64,000 bases of DNA from an uncultured Thermococci archaeon (GTDB taxonomy: Archaea; Methanobacteriota_B; Thermococci; Methanofastidiosales; B48-G16): positions 1-64,000 of the forward strand of contig CAZQQT010000009.1 of the NCBI GenBank assembly GCA_964595645.1, given 5' to 3'. This document shows positions 9,090 through 19,307 of the stretch, piece after piece. The notes under the pieces are model-generated. The model searched no databases. It worked only from the letters and a program-made list of their open reading frames with translations, and was not told where the DNA came from. The first letter of the stretch is position 1, and the number at the start of each line of letters is the position of its first letter. Both the position numbers and the translations under genes were made by a program.

Positions 9090-9500
9090 ATGAAAAAATT
9101 AGGAGATAGAATCCAGGAAGCGGACTGGAAGAAGGAAAAACACGTTCCAGTGATCGAATGTCCAGACACGGTGCAAGAGGGAGAACTCTTTGATGTGAAA
9201 GTTACGCTGGGGAAGGAAATCGCCCACCCCAATACGACAGAACACCATATTCGGTGGATACAACTCTTCTTCCATCCGAAAGGAGAGAAGTTCAGCTATC
9301 ACGTAGGAACTGTTGAGTTTTCAGCCCACGGTGAGTCCGCCAAAGGACCTAACGAAGGGCCTGTCTACACCCACCACGGTGCGACATTCTCCATGAAAAC
9401 AACGAAACAGGGGACACTCCACGCATTAGCCCTCTGTAACATTCATGGACTGTGGGAAAACGCCAAGGAGATCACTATTTCACGAGTAGGAGGAAGATAA
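9090..9500 (+). CDS. sor: Superoxide reductase (neelaredoxin-type)
   Basis: EKHVP, HPNTTEHHI, CNIHGLWE. Confidence 0.95.
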   Translation: MKKLGDRIQEADWKKEKHVPVIECPDTVQEGELFDVKVTLGKEIAHPNTTEHHIRWIQLFFHPKGEKFSYHVGTVEFSAHGESAKGPNEGPVYTHHGATFSMKTTKQGTLHALALCNIHGLWENAKEITISRVGGR

Positions 9501-9501
9501 T

Positions 9502-9756
9502 ATGACAGGAGAACACGAGGGCCGAAAAAATCTCAGTGAAGAAACAAAGGATCTTGAACGAGCGCGACAGTCACTAATAGAAGAGCTGGAGGCCATCAAC
9601 TGGTACCAAGAACGAATTGAAGTGGCAAAAAATAAAGATCTGAAGAAAATACTGGAACACAACAGAGACGAAGAGAAAGAGCATGCCGCCATGCTGATAG
9701 AGTGGCTACGCAAGTATGATGAGGTTCAGGACAGAATGTTTGAAGAACACGATTAA
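9502..9756 (+). CDS. Encapsulin-associated-type ferritin-like protein
   Basis: SLIEELEAINWYQER...HNRDEEKEHAAMLIEWLR. Confidence 0.85.
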   Translation: MTGEHEGRKNLSEETKDLERARQSLIEELEAINWYQERIEVAKNKDLKKILEHNRDEEKEHAAMLIEWLRKYDEVQDRMFEEHD

Positions 9757-9757
9757 T

Positions 9758-10228
9758 ATGATAGAAAAAAAGATATTCGGTATAGCAGTTCGATCAGAAC
9801 TGGACTCCAAAAATATATACAAAAGTATGGCGAAAAAAATTGATAATTATGTACTAAAGGATAAAATGGAGTTCCTCGCTGGGGAAGAAGAAAAACATAA
9901 AGAACTCTTAGAGAGGCTCTTCAAGGAGCTCTATCCTGGTGAGAAAATCCCTGTAACGGAAGAATCCCTCGTCCCAAAAATAGATGTAGAAGCAAATGAA
10001 CTCCCAGACTTGTTAGAGAAAGCTATGGAAATGGAAAAGGCTGAAGAAGAATTTTACATCGACCTCGCCGAAGAAAAGGCAGAGAATGAGCGAGATCTTC
10101 TTCTCTACCTCGCCAAAATAGAGAAGGGTCACTACGCACTGCTGGAAGCAGAGCACAATATGATACTCCAGTATCCTGACTACTACAACAAAGACTGGGA
10201 CACGGATATGATCCATATGGGGCCGTAG
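9758..10228 (+). CDS. Ferritin/rubrerythrin-like diiron protein
   Basis: Two ExxH motifs (EEKH, EKGH); ends MIHMGP. Confidence 0.85.
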   Translation: MIEKKIFGIAVRSELDSKNIYKSMAKKIDNYVLKDKMEFLAGEEEKHKELLERLFKELYPGEKIPVTEESLVPKIDVEANELPDLLEKAMEMEKAEEEFYIDLAEEKAENERDLLLYLAKIEKGHYALLEAEHNMILQYPDYYNKDWDTDMIHMGP

Positions 10229-11421
10229 TGAAGGGAAAGATCATGGAAAACATTGAAATAAAGCCTGATATCTACTGGGTCGGCGGCGTCGACTGGGATC
10301 TCAGGAACTTCCATGGCTACCGTACAGAACGAGGAACGACCTACAATGCCTATCTCATCATGGATGAAGAGATCACGCTGGTGGACACGGTAAAATATTA
10401 CCTCTTTGACGAAATGCTCGCGAGAATTGAAGAGATCGTCGATCCTTCTGAAATCTCGTACATCGTATCAAACCATGTGGAGATGGATCACTCGGGCTCC
10501 ATTCCCAAAATACTCGAATACGCCGATGCCACAGTGATCGCCTCACCACGCGGAAAGAAAGGACTCCAGAGGCATTTCAAAGATGACTGGAGCATCCACA
10601 CAGTGAAATCCGGCGGAACATTGGAGATAGGAGAACGGACACTCCACTTTGTGCACACCCCCATGGTCCACTGGCCCGATTCCATGGTGACCTACAGTCC
10701 TCACGACACGCTCCTCCTCCCAAACGATGCCTTCGGTCAGCATATCGCAGCAGCAGCACGATTTGATGATGATATTCCATGGGGGATATTGAAGGAAGAA
10801 GCGGCCAAGTACTATGCAAACATTGTGATGCCCTATGGAACGCAGGTACAGAAAGCACTCGATGCCCTCGCAGATCTCGAGATTGACATGATCGCACCAA
10901 GTCATGGGGTGATATGGCGAACACATCTCTCAAGAATTCTTGAAGAGTATGGAAAATGGGCGCGCAACAAGACAGAAAAAAAAGCACTCATCGTGTACGA
11001 TTCCATGTGGGGATCCACAGAAAAAATCGCCTACGCGCTCAGAGAAGGAATAGAAGATACTGGAATGCCCGTGACTATGCGGAACCTCAAAACGATGCAC
11101 ATATCAAATATTATCACCGATGTACTCACATCCTCAATGATACTTCTCGGTTCGCCGACACTCAACAACACAATGCTCCCAACCATGGGTGAGTTCCTCA
11201 CCTACCTCAAAGGACTCAAGCCGAAGAACAGAATTGGATTCGTCTTCGGGTCCTACGGGTGGAGCGGCCAAGCTATCGGTGAAATCGAAGAAACTATTAA
11301 GAAGCTTTCCTGGGACCTCCCTCTAGAAAGTATCAATATCAATTACGTCCCCGATGAGGAAGAACTCGAGGACGTAAAGAAAAAGGGAAGAAAACTGGGG
11401 AGATACCTCAAGAAAGGGTGA
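10228..11421 (+). CDS. fprA: Flavodiiron protein (O2/NO reductase)
   Basis: [32 protein letters not shown]; flavodoxin domain SMWGST and GSYGW. Confidence 0.95.
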   Translation: MKGKIMENIEIKPDIYWVGGVDWDLRNFHGYRTERGTTYNAYLIMDEEITLVDTVKYYLFDEMLARIEEIVDPSEISYIVSNHVEMDHSGSIPKILEYADATVIASPRGKKGLQRHFKDDWSIHTVKSGGTLEIGERTLHFVHTPMVHWPDSMVTYSPHDTLLLPNDAFGQHIAAAARFDDDIPWGILKEEAAKYYANIVMPYGTQVQKALDALADLEIDMIAPSHGVIWRTHLSRILEEYGKWARNKTEKKALIVYDSMWGSTEKIAYALREGIEDTGMPVTMRNLKTMHISNIITDVLTSSMILLGSPTLNNTMLPTMGEFLTYLKGLKPKNRIGFVFGSYGWSGQAIGEIEETIKKLSWDLPLESININYVPDEEELEDVKKKGRKLGRYLKKG

Positions 11422-11425
11422 AAAA

Positions 11426-12115
11426 ATGGACAAGAGAGTACTCCACCGTGTGTCATACGGCCTCTATGTAGTGAGCTCGAGGAAGGGAGACGAGATCAAC
11501 GGACAGATAGCGAACACCGTATTCCAGATAACATCCGATCCACCGACAATAGGAGTGAGCATCTGCAAGGAGAACTTCACCCATGAGTTTATCGAAGAAA
11601 GTGGAGTGTTCACCGTCTCTATTCTCTCTCAGGATACACCGATGACATTTATCGGTACTTTTGGATTTAAATGCGGGAGAGATATCAACAAGTTTGAGAA
11701 TATCACGTATAAAATAGGGAAAAATGGTGCACCGATCGTGCTCGAGAATACGTTGGGCTGTATCGAGTGTGAGGTTATTAACAGTGTTGATGCAGGAACG
11801 CATACCATCTTTATTGGGAAAATAATCGATGCACAACGTATCGAGGATGGAGAACCGATGACATACGCATACTATCATGAAGTAAAAAAAGGAAAGGCGC
11901 CAAAGGCTGCGCCTACTTATATTAAAGAAAAAGAAGGAGAAAAAGAGGTGAAAACAATGGAAAAGTATAGATGTACTGCATGTGGCTATATTTACGACCC
12001 CGAGAAAGGAGACCCAGACAGTGGAATTGATCCTGGAACATCCTTTGAGGATCTGCCAGAGGACTGGGTCTGCCCCGTCTGTGGGGTAGGAAAGGACATG
12101 TTTGAAAAAATATAA
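11426..12115 (+). CDS. Flavin reductase-rubredoxin fusion (Hrb-like)
   Basis: SYGLYVV...GTHTIFIG...TYAYYH, then [10 protein letters not shown]...WVCPVCG. Confidence 0.92.
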   Translation: MDKRVLHRVSYGLYVVSSRKGDEINGQIANTVFQITSDPPTIGVSICKENFTHEFIEESGVFTVSILSQDTPMTFIGTFGFKCGRDINKFENITYKIGKNGAPIVLENTLGCIECEVINSVDAGTHTIFIGKIIDAQRIEDGEPMTYAYYHEVKKGKAPKAAPTYIKEKEGEKEVKTMEKYRCTACGYIYDPEKGDPDSGIDPGTSFEDLPEDWVCPVCGVGKDMFEKI

Positions 12116-12127
12116 GGAGGTGATAAA

Positions 12128-12790
12128 ATGGAAGAAAAACAAAATATGCCATTAATTGGAGATAAATTTCCAGAAATGACAGTAAAAACTACACACGGCA
12201 AGAAGAAGCTCCCTAACGACTACAAAGGGAAATGGCTTATTCTCTTTTCACATCCCGGCGATTTTACGCCTGTATGTACCACCGAATTCTACGCGTTCCA
12301 GAAACGGTACAATACATTCCGGGAACTGAACACAGAATTGCTCGGTCTCAGTATCGATCAGGTTCACAGCCACCTAAAATGGACCGAGTGGATCGAGGAG
12401 AATCTCGACGAAAAGATAGAATTCCCTATCATCGCCGATGGGATGGGGAAGGTCGCCACCAGACTTGGCTTGATCCACGCAAGTTCAGGCACAGCGACGG
12501 TGCGGGCAGTCTTCATCGTGGATCCGAAATCGATCATCAGAGCAATTCTCTACTACCCGGCTGAGCTCGGACGAAACATGGACGAGTTTATCCGCATGAT
12601 TAAAGGATTCCAGAAATCGGATGCTGACGGTGTGGCAATCCCAGCGAACTGGCCTGAAAACGAACTAGTCAAGGATCATGTAATTATTCCGCCGGCTGGA
12701 AATGAAGAAGCCATAGAGAACCGAAAGAAAAGGGAGAAAAAAGGCGAAATAGAGTGTTACGACTGGTGGCTCTGTCATAAGAAACCGTAG
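12128..12790 (+). CDS. Peroxiredoxin (archaeal Prx6-type)
   Basis: [27 protein letters not shown]. Confidence 0.95.
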   Translation: MEEKQNMPLIGDKFPEMTVKTTHGKKKLPNDYKGKWLILFSHPGDFTPVCTTEFYAFQKRYNTFRELNTELLGLSIDQVHSHLKWTEWIEENLDEKIEFPIIADGMGKVATRLGLIHASSGTATVRAVFIVDPKSIIRAILYYPAELGRNMDEFIRMIKGFQKSDADGVAIPANWPENELVKDHVIIPPAGNEEAIENRKKREKKGEIECYDWWLCHKKP

Positions 12791-12799
12791 GTGGTACGT

Positions 12800-13303
12800 A
12801 TGAAAGAAATGACGAAAGAGGCACTCGAAGAAGCATTAGCAGGAGAGTCCATGGCGCACATCAAGTATCTTGCCTTCAGTGAGATAGCTGAGAAGGACGG
12901 CTATCCCAATATCGCACGACTTTTTAAGGCAATCGCGTACGCTGAGCGCGTCCACGCAACAAATCACGCACGGAACCTCGGTATCATCAAAACAACGAAA
13001 GAAAACCTCCAAACCGCTATCGATGGAGAAGAATTCGAAGTAGATGAGATGTACCCAGCATACAACGCCATCGCGGAGTTACAGAAGGAAGATGATGCGA
13101 AACGATCGATCCACTACGCCCTGGAAGCCGAAAAAATTCATGCTGGAATGTACGAACTCGCCAAGGACGCCGTAAAAAGTGGCGAGGACATCGAAAAGAA
13201 GGATACCTACATCTGCCCAGTGTGCGGATACACACATCGCGGTGAACCACCGGAACGGTGTCCCGTCTGCGGCATGGAACGCTCCAAGTTTAAGAAGTTC
13301 TAA
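12800..13303 (+). CDS. rbr: Rubrerythrin
   Basis: AGESMA, AERVHA, GEEFE...MYP, AEKIH; C-terminal CPVCG twice. Confidence 0.95.
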   Translation: MKEMTKEALEEALAGESMAHIKYLAFSEIAEKDGYPNIARLFKAIAYAERVHATNHARNLGIIKTTKENLQTAIDGEEFEVDEMYPAYNAIAELQKEDDAKRSIHYALEAEKIHAGMYELAKDAVKSGEDIEKKDTYICPVCGYTHRGEPPERCPVCGMERSKFKKF

Positions 13304-13319
13304 AATATTATTTCCTTTT

Positions 13320-14027
13320 TTATTTTTTATCACATAACGGTATTTTCTTCTCAAAATAGAGTATTCCTTGTCTGTAACTAAATACGAGTGGATGCACAGC
13401 AACTCCCGTGTCCACAGCCTTGCAAAAGGCCTCTGCGAAGGCAGGATCTCGTGGTTCATATGGGGAAAAACATCGAGAATCCGGTCTGAACACCAGGATC
13501 ATCAGTGCAGCCGAGTCTCCTGCTGCCACCGCATGCGTCAGCTCTTCTACGTGCCGTGTTCCCCTCGTTGTCGGCGCATCGGGGAACAGAGCAATCCCAT
13601 CTTCGGCAAGTGTGCATCCCTTCACTTCCACCCATATCCGTTCTCCATTTTTTTTCAGGAGAAAGTCGATCCTGCTGTTACCGAGCTGTTGTTCTGCACT
13701 GTACTCCCCCACTTTCCCAAAGGGGCTAATCGCCTTATTTTTCAATATGAGTTCAGCGATTGTTCTATGGTACCCAGAGTTAACGAATATCCAGTGATTG
13801 CTCACATTCCCGGCAAGAAGATCCCAGTTTGTTGTTCTCTTTGGACTTTCTTCATGGGAAAGCAGGACACTGTTACTGGGATACAGGATTTCCTCCAATC
13901 GGCCAGGATCCCGAATATGGACCTTCTCTTCTCTGGAACCTATTTCCACAATGCCCAGGAACCTATTTTCGCGGGAGACAAACACCCCCTCTGTATCGTA
14001 GGGCACATCGAGTATCGGCACGCTCAT
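13320..14027 (-). CDS. sfsA: SfsA nuclease-like protein
   Basis: RENRF, DPGRLEE, SRIDF, VEVKGCTL, FPDAPTTRG; start refined to 14027. Confidence 0.92.
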   Translation of the reverse strand: MSVPILDVPYDTEGVFVSRENRFLGIVEIGSREEKVHIRDPGRLEEILYPSNSVLLSHEESPKRTTNWDLLAGNVSNHWIFVNSGYHRTIAELILKNKAISPFGKVGEYSAEQQLGNSRIDFLLKKNGERIWVEVKGCTLAEDGIALFPDAPTTRGTRHVEELTHAVAAGDSAALMILVFRPDSRCFSPYEPRDPAFAEAFCKAVDTGVAVHPLVFSYRQGILYFEKKIPLCDKK

Positions 14028-14259
14028 AACATTTTCGACTATTTTCATCAACCTATATAAAGATTCCACAAGGAGAGGAGTAACTGTGTCACTGACATAT
14101 GAAAAGAACATGGTTTCAGTTATCACAGGAGATTGGTTGTCCGTTCCACCTTATACGTAGTATTTTGGCCCTAGTCTTTCCATTTTGGGCAGGCTGATCG
14201 TCACAAGTAGTAATGAAACATTTATAATTGGATCTACTAATGGGTACAGCGTTGATACG

Positions 14260-14880
14260 ATGAAAGAGTTATCTCGTCTTTACACCACCATTCGTCCCAC
14301 AATCGAAGAAACACTGCAGAAATTTAAACGAATATGGGAAGAAGGGACAGAAGAAGATATTTTCACCGAGCTTGTCTTCTGTATCCTCACGCCGCAGTGT
14401 AAACCGCAGATCTGCTGGACCACGGTACAGACACTTGTCGATAAGAACCTTCTTTTCCACGGTAAAAAAGAGCGTGTAGCCAAGGAGCTCAACGGTGCAC
14501 GGTTTAAAAATAAAAAGGCAGGCTACATTGTTGAAGCACGGAAGTACTTTCCTGGTATCAAATCGGTAATAGAAAAACGCGACGATGTTTATGATGTGCG
14601 GGAGTGGTTGGTCGAACATGTAAAAGGTATTGGGTACAAAGAAGCGAGCCATTTCCTGCGAAACATTGGACATGGCGGGGAGATCGCTATCCTCGATAGA
14701 CATATCCTGCGAAATTTGGAATCGTATGGTGTTGTAGAGGAGATTCCACGGACGCTCACAAAGAAGAGGTATCTTACGATAGAAAAAAAGATGAAGGCCT
14801 TCGCAAAGGAGATCGAGATACCAATGGATCATTTAGATCTCGTGTTGTGGTATAAAGAAACGGGAGAACTATTCAAGTAG
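14260..14880 (+). CDS. ogg: 8-oxoguanine DNA glycosylase/AP lyase
   Basis: ELVFCILT, VKGIGYKEASHFLRN, AILDRHI, LDLVLWY. Confidence 0.92.
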   Translation: MKELSRLYTTIRPTIEETLQKFKRIWEEGTEEDIFTELVFCILTPQCKPQICWTTVQTLVDKNLLFHGKKERVAKELNGARFKNKKAGYIVEARKYFPGIKSVIEKRDDVYDVREWLVEHVKGIGYKEASHFLRNIGHGGEIAILDRHILRNLESYGVVEEIPRTLTKKRYLTIEKKMKAFAKEIEIPMDHLDLVLWYKETGELFK

Positions 14881-15291
14881 GTGTCACCAATGGAACTTTC
14901 AGAAGACGACTGGGAGCTCATAGAGCGAGCGAAGGAGACGGCAGACAGACTCCATGTTGACGATTTTCATGAGGTTGCGGCAGCACTGAGAACAACGGAC
15001 GGTACAATATTTACCGGAATTCATATCGATGCCAATGTAGGGTTCGCCGATGTGTGTGGTGAAGTTGCGGCGTTGTGCCACGCTGTTGCTCATGGGCACA
15101 GAGAGTTTGATTCTATTGTTGCTGTGTGGGGAGATGGTGAGGAGAATTATAAGTTACTATCGCCGTGTGGGAGATGTCGGGAGCTTCTCAGTGACTTTGG
15201 TATGGATATATGGGTGATTGTTGGGACGCTTGAAAATCCATATAAACTCCGAATTGCTGAACTGCTGCCGCTAAAATATAAAAGGGAATAA
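14881..15291 (+). CDS. Cytidine deaminase family protein
   Basis: VAAAL, CGE and PCGRCRE Zn motifs. Confidence 0.85.
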   Translation: MSPMELSEDDWELIERAKETADRLHVDDFHEVAAALRTTDGTIFTGIHIDANVGFADVCGEVAALCHAVAHGHREFDSIVAVWGDGEENYKLLSPCGRCRELLSDFGMDIWVIVGTLENPYKLRIAELLPLKYKRE

Positions 15292-15316
15292 AACAATACA
15301 TAGTAAGGTGTAAAAA

Positions 15317-15826
15317 ATGGCTACAATTGCAGTGATCCTTACAGATATGTTTGAGGATGTGGAGTACACAAAACCCGCAGAGGCCTTTAAGGAAGACGGG
15401 CATACACTCGTGCATGTGGGGCTGAAAGAAGGAGCAACGGTTAAGGGAAAGAAATCAAATACGCCGGTAACCATAGAGAAAGCGGTGAAAGATGTCTCGG
15501 CAGATGAGTTTGATGCACTTCTCATTCCCGGTGGCTACTCGCCGGATAGGTTGAGGACAGATGAAAATGCAGTGAAGTTCGCGAAAGAATTTGTCGAAAG
15601 TGGTAAGCCAGTATTCACCATCTGTCACGGTCCTCAGCTGTTGATCACGTCCCAGGTACTCGATGGGCGGACGATCACTGGATGGAAATCTATCAAGCAG
15701 GATATCATCAATGCGGGTGCAGAGTACATTGATAAATCCGTTGTGGAAGACGGAAACCTCGTCTCAAGCCGCCATCCTGGTGATATACCAGCGTTTATCC
15801 GTGCATCACTCAACAAATTCAAGTAA
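15317..15826 (+). CDS. pfpI: PfpI/DJ-1 family protein
   Basis: FEDVE, IPGG, ICHGP, SSRHPGD. Confidence 0.92.
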   Translation: MATIAVILTDMFEDVEYTKPAEAFKEDGHTLVHVGLKEGATVKGKKSNTPVTIEKAVKDVSADEFDALLIPGGYSPDRLRTDENAVKFAKEFVESGKPVFTICHGPQLLITSQVLDGRTITGWKSIKQDIINAGAEYIDKSVVEDGNLVSSRHPGDIPAFIRASLNKFK

Positions 15827-15831
15827 GATAC

Positions 15832-16353
15832 ATGAATCCTCTGTTCCTGTCAACGCTGATATTTGTATTTTTAGCTGTGTTTGTAGAGTCAATATTCCTC
15901 ATCCTTCAGTTAAAGGGAAGAAAACTCACGAAATGGCTCGGCGAGAAAGCATTCACCGTTCATGCAATTGTTACGGGAGCACTATGGAGTATCGCCTTCC
16001 TACTGATCTTCCTGTTGCAATTGGAGGAGCATCCTCTGTTTCATAACCACCCCGTACTTCGGTGTGTGGGCGGGATACTACTCATTGGTGGTGGATTGCT
16101 GGCCCTCTGGGCACTCAAGATCCTCGGCGTGCAACGTGCACTCTGTCTCAATTTTTTTAAGGAGGATGTTCCAGTGGTACGAGGAGGACCGTATGCGTAC
16201 ATTTCCAATCCCATGGATTACGGGTTCTGGACCGCGCTTCTTGGATTCGCACTTGCTACGGGATCGCTTTACAATCTCGCGATTGCCGTTGAATTTATCC
16301 TCGTAATGATTCTCCATCTACCGCTGGAGAATCTCCCGTTGAAACAAGATTAG
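15832..16353 (+). CDS. PEMT/ICMT-family membrane methyltransferase
   Basis: Several TM segments; GPYAYISNPMDYG. Confidence 0.7.
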   Translation: MNPLFLSTLIFVFLAVFVESIFLILQLKGRKLTKWLGEKAFTVHAIVTGALWSIAFLLIFLLQLEEHPLFHNHPVLRCVGGILLIGGGLLALWALKILGVQRALCLNFFKEDVPVVRGGPYAYISNPMDYGFWTALLGFALATGSLYNLAIAVEFILVMILHLPLENLPLKQD

Positions 16354-17816
16354 AACCCATGTTTTTCTAGTTGTTTCTCAATGCCGTCAATAAACTCTTC
16401 CGCGTTCTCAGGAGGAGTAGTAATGTAACTCACAACCACGAAAAGCGTTACTGTGACAGCGAACCCGACAATCGATGGCCACCACGTGACGTTACCGGAC
16501 TTCAGAAATGACACAACGTACAGTCCTCCTGTGACAAGTCCTCCAATACCCATGCTCGCAATTGCTCCCGCCGATGTCCCCCGTTTCCAGAAAAATGTTC
16601 CTACCAATGCTGGAGCGGTTACCAGCAGTCCTCCCGATGCCATGGCGGACAGTATCGCTATCAATCCCAACTCAAGATGTGCAAAAATAATACATATTAC
16701 TACAATGACACCGATCATCGTTTTTCCCACGAGAAGCTCCTTTTTTTCCGAAATTCCCGGTTTTACTGCCCTGGCAATGTCACGGGTGGACACGGAGCTG
16801 AGTGTCAACATAATCGAGCCCAGCGTGGAGGAAGCCGCCGCAAAGATACCGAGGAAAATTATTAAGGCGAGAACATCCGGTACCATTGTTAGGAGTTCGG
16901 GCATTGCCTGATCGGCTTTCTCTAGTCCTGGGATGAGGCTCGCGGCGGAGAATCCCAGCAGCGTCGTGATGACCGTATACAGCAGTCCAAAAATTGCGAA
17001 GTAAGTTACCATTTTCTTGAGGCTCCGTATATCTTTGGAAATGAACAACCGCTGGGAAACTTGGGGGTTAGTTAGGGCAAAGAAAGCCCAAGGAAGAGAA
17101 AGTCCCACAAAAAACTTTGGATCCCATGTCATCTTGAGCAAATTTGGCGTTGTCGATTCTACTGTCGAGAAAAAGTCTATTGGCCCACCAAAAAATACGT
17201 AAAACACATAAAACAAAAGCAGTACTGCAGAAATCATCATGGTAATCGCCTGAAAGGCATCCGTCCAAGACACAGATCGCATCCCCGCCCACACTGCTGC
17301 AAAGGCGCTAAACCCTGCCATGAACAACACCCCCACCATGTAGGGAACCTGTCCATTCGTCAGACTGGAAAAAAGGTATCCTGCGCCCATCATCTGTACC
17401 GACGCATAGGGAATCAACATGACCAACGCAATGATCGAGGCGATTACGCCCACCCATTTATCTTGATACCTGTCCGCCAGCATTTCGGGAGGCGTGAGGT
17501 AATCGTACTCGCGACCGGCCAGCCAGAACCGTGGAGCGAACAGAATCAAAAGAATCACGGTGAACATCAGATAGGTCATCTCAAATCCCAGCGCGCCGAC
17601 ACCAGTGGAGTACACCAGTCCCACCAGTCCTACCATCATGAAGGCACTGTACGTGGTGGCGCTGTACGTCATCGCTGAGATAAACCCCCCCAGTGTTTTG
17701 TTGGCGAGGAAAAAATCTTGTATTGTAATCCCCATCTCTTTTCTCGCATAATGCGCAATAATCACTCCAAAGAAAATCCAGATAGCCAACGCAAGGAACA
17801 CATAGCCTGAATTCAT
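16350..17816 (-). CDS. Sodium:solute symporter
   Basis: DFFLANK, SATTYSAF, GMRSVSWTD; many TM segments. Confidence 0.9.
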   Translation of the reverse strand: MNSGYVFLALAIWIFFGVIIAHYARKEMGITIQDFFLANKTLGGFISAMTYSATTYSAFMMVGLVGLVYSTGVGALGFEMTYLMFTVILLILFAPRFWLAGREYDYLTPPEMLADRYQDKWVGVIASIIALVMLIPYASVQMMGAGYLFSSLTNGQVPYMVGVLFMAGFSAFAAVWAGMRSVSWTDAFQAITMMISAVLLLFYVFYVFFGGPIDFFSTVESTTPNLLKMTWDPKFFVGLSLPWAFFALTNPQVSQRLFISKDIRSLKKMVTYFAIFGLLYTVITTLLGFSAASLIPGLEKADQAMPELLTMVPDVLALIIFLGIFAAASSTLGSIMLTLSSVSTRDIARAVKPGISEKKELLVGKTMIGVIVVICIIFAHLELGLIAILSAMASGGLLVTAPALVGTFFWKRGTSAGAIASMGIGGLVTGGLYVVSFLKSGNVTWWPSIVGFAVTVTLFVVVSYITTPPENAEEFIDGIEKQLEKHGF

Positions 17817-17995
17817 TCATTCTCCCCCCATCGCCTCACATAGTAAATTCCACCGAGGATAACAGTCAACGTGAGCATCGTCCAGAAAAGGTAGTTCGCC
17901 CAGTAGGCCGTTACCTCCTGTAGGAAAATGTACGGTACGAGCACATCGAGTGTGGCAACGGCAATTGCGATCACGAGGAGATGGAAGAGTTTCAT
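17813..17995 (-). CDS. Small 2-TM protein, probable symporter accessory subunit
   Basis: 60 aa, hydrophobic, ATGA overlap with the symporter; TTTAAA about 27 nt upstream. Confidence 0.75.
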   Translation of the reverse strand: MKLFHLLVIAIAVATLDVLVPYIFLQEVTAYWANYLFWTMLTLTVILGGIYYVRRWGENE

Positions 17996-18026
17996 ATGCT
18001 ATATATGTTATGTCGTTGTTTTAAAC

Positions 18027-19190
18027 CTATTCCTTTTTCTCTTTCACGGCGGGAAGCTGTTCCATCACATACGCCCGTATCTCTTGAGCAGTGGGCAGTT
18101 CCTCTACCAGCTCACCGTTGTCCAGGTACTTCACCAGCATCGGCTGCAGATCCTTCTGTACCTCATGCCCCTGCGGATACACGTAATACTCGTGCACATT
18201 TTTTCGATACACGTCCTTCCGTCCAGAGAACTTCCCTCGTTTCGCCACGGGCTCTCCCTCGATCGCCACGATGTCCATGGAGTAATCGATGGAGGCTGCA
18301 TTGGAGATAGACGTGCCGACACCAAAACCCTCTACCGGCTCCTTCACCAACTCTTCGATTGAATCCTCGGTTAGCCCACCGGACACGAAGATCTTCACAT
18401 CCTCGTACCCACGGAGATCCAGCTCCCATCTGGTCTCACGGATGATATCGATAAAATCTCCCTTTCGAGAGTGGGGCGTGTCCAATCGCACAGAGGTCTC
18501 TCCGTCGAAGGTCTCCGCAGCGTGGAGCGTGCCAAACTTCTCATCGTCGAAGGTATCGATCAGTGCGACTCTGGGAACTTCGGGATCGAGGACGCTGTCG
18601 TACGCCTCCCAGCCCTCCTCGTCACCCATCAACAGAAGTAGCGCATGGGGCATGGTGCCCTGTGGCTCTTCGTTGATCCGTTCTGCGCTGAGAACACCCG
18701 ACACGCCATCGCAGCCCCCAATAAAAGCGTTTCGCTCTATCATGGGCGCAATCGCAGGATGCATTCGTCGAATCCCAAAGGAGAGCATGTGTTTGTCCTC
18801 TGCCTTGATTCGCATCCGTGCAGTTCGGGTAGCAATACCTGAAGCCTGACAGATGAGTCCGAGACAAGGCGTCTCGTAGATGCCAAAGTCATCGTAGTGT
18901 CCTTCAATTATCGCCACGGGAACAGGGACACCGTTCTCCGAAAAGGGAGAAAATATCGTTCCCTCGGGGAGTGCGTAGAGATCCACCGGAAGATCCCGAA
19001 GAAGTACAATCATCTCCTCAAGCCCTGCGAATACCGCCCATTCTCGGCTCCTACTGTGAAGTGTGAACTCTGCAGCTACGTGTTTCCGAACGTTTTCCTT
19101 CTTAAGGATTTTTCTGGTCCTCTCAAAGTAGATATCAGTGGTGAGACCTTCTTTTATCTCCTTATCCGTTGCGGTATAAAATTTCTCCAT
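18027..19190 (-). CDS. pncB: Nicotinate phosphoribosyltransferase
   Basis: TDIYF, SFGIRR, GTMPH, VRLDT, VSGG, FGVGT. Confidence 0.93.
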   Translation of the reverse strand: MEKFYTATDKEIKEGLTTDIYFERTRKILKKENVRKHVAAEFTLHSRSREWAVFAGLEEMIVLLRDLPVDLYALPEGTIFSPFSENGVPVPVAIIEGHYDDFGIYETPCLGLICQASGIATRTARMRIKAEDKHMLSFGIRRMHPAIAPMIERNAFIGGCDGVSGVLSAERINEEPQGTMPHALLLLMGDEEGWEAYDSVLDPEVPRVALIDTFDDEKFGTLHAAETFDGETSVRLDTPHSRKGDFIDIIRETRWELDLRGYEDVKIFVSGGLTEDSIEELVKEPVEGFGVGTSISNAASIDYSMDIVAIEGEPVAKRGKFSGRKDVYRKNVHEYYVYPQGHEVQKDLQPMLVKYLDNGELVEELPTAQEIRAYVMEQLPAVKEKKE

Positions 19191-19307
19191 GTGGATTTCT
19201 CCTCTATATTGATAGTGTATATTTTATACTCTGACACATACGGTTAAAAACGTAATCCCTGTGAATCACCATAATCTTCTTTAATAGTTTCTCATACCCT
19301 ATTATAC

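Noticed and set aside
11453-14832. Long antisense ORFs opposite hrb, sfsA and ogg
   Set aside because: No motifs or SD; they fully overlap well-supported genes
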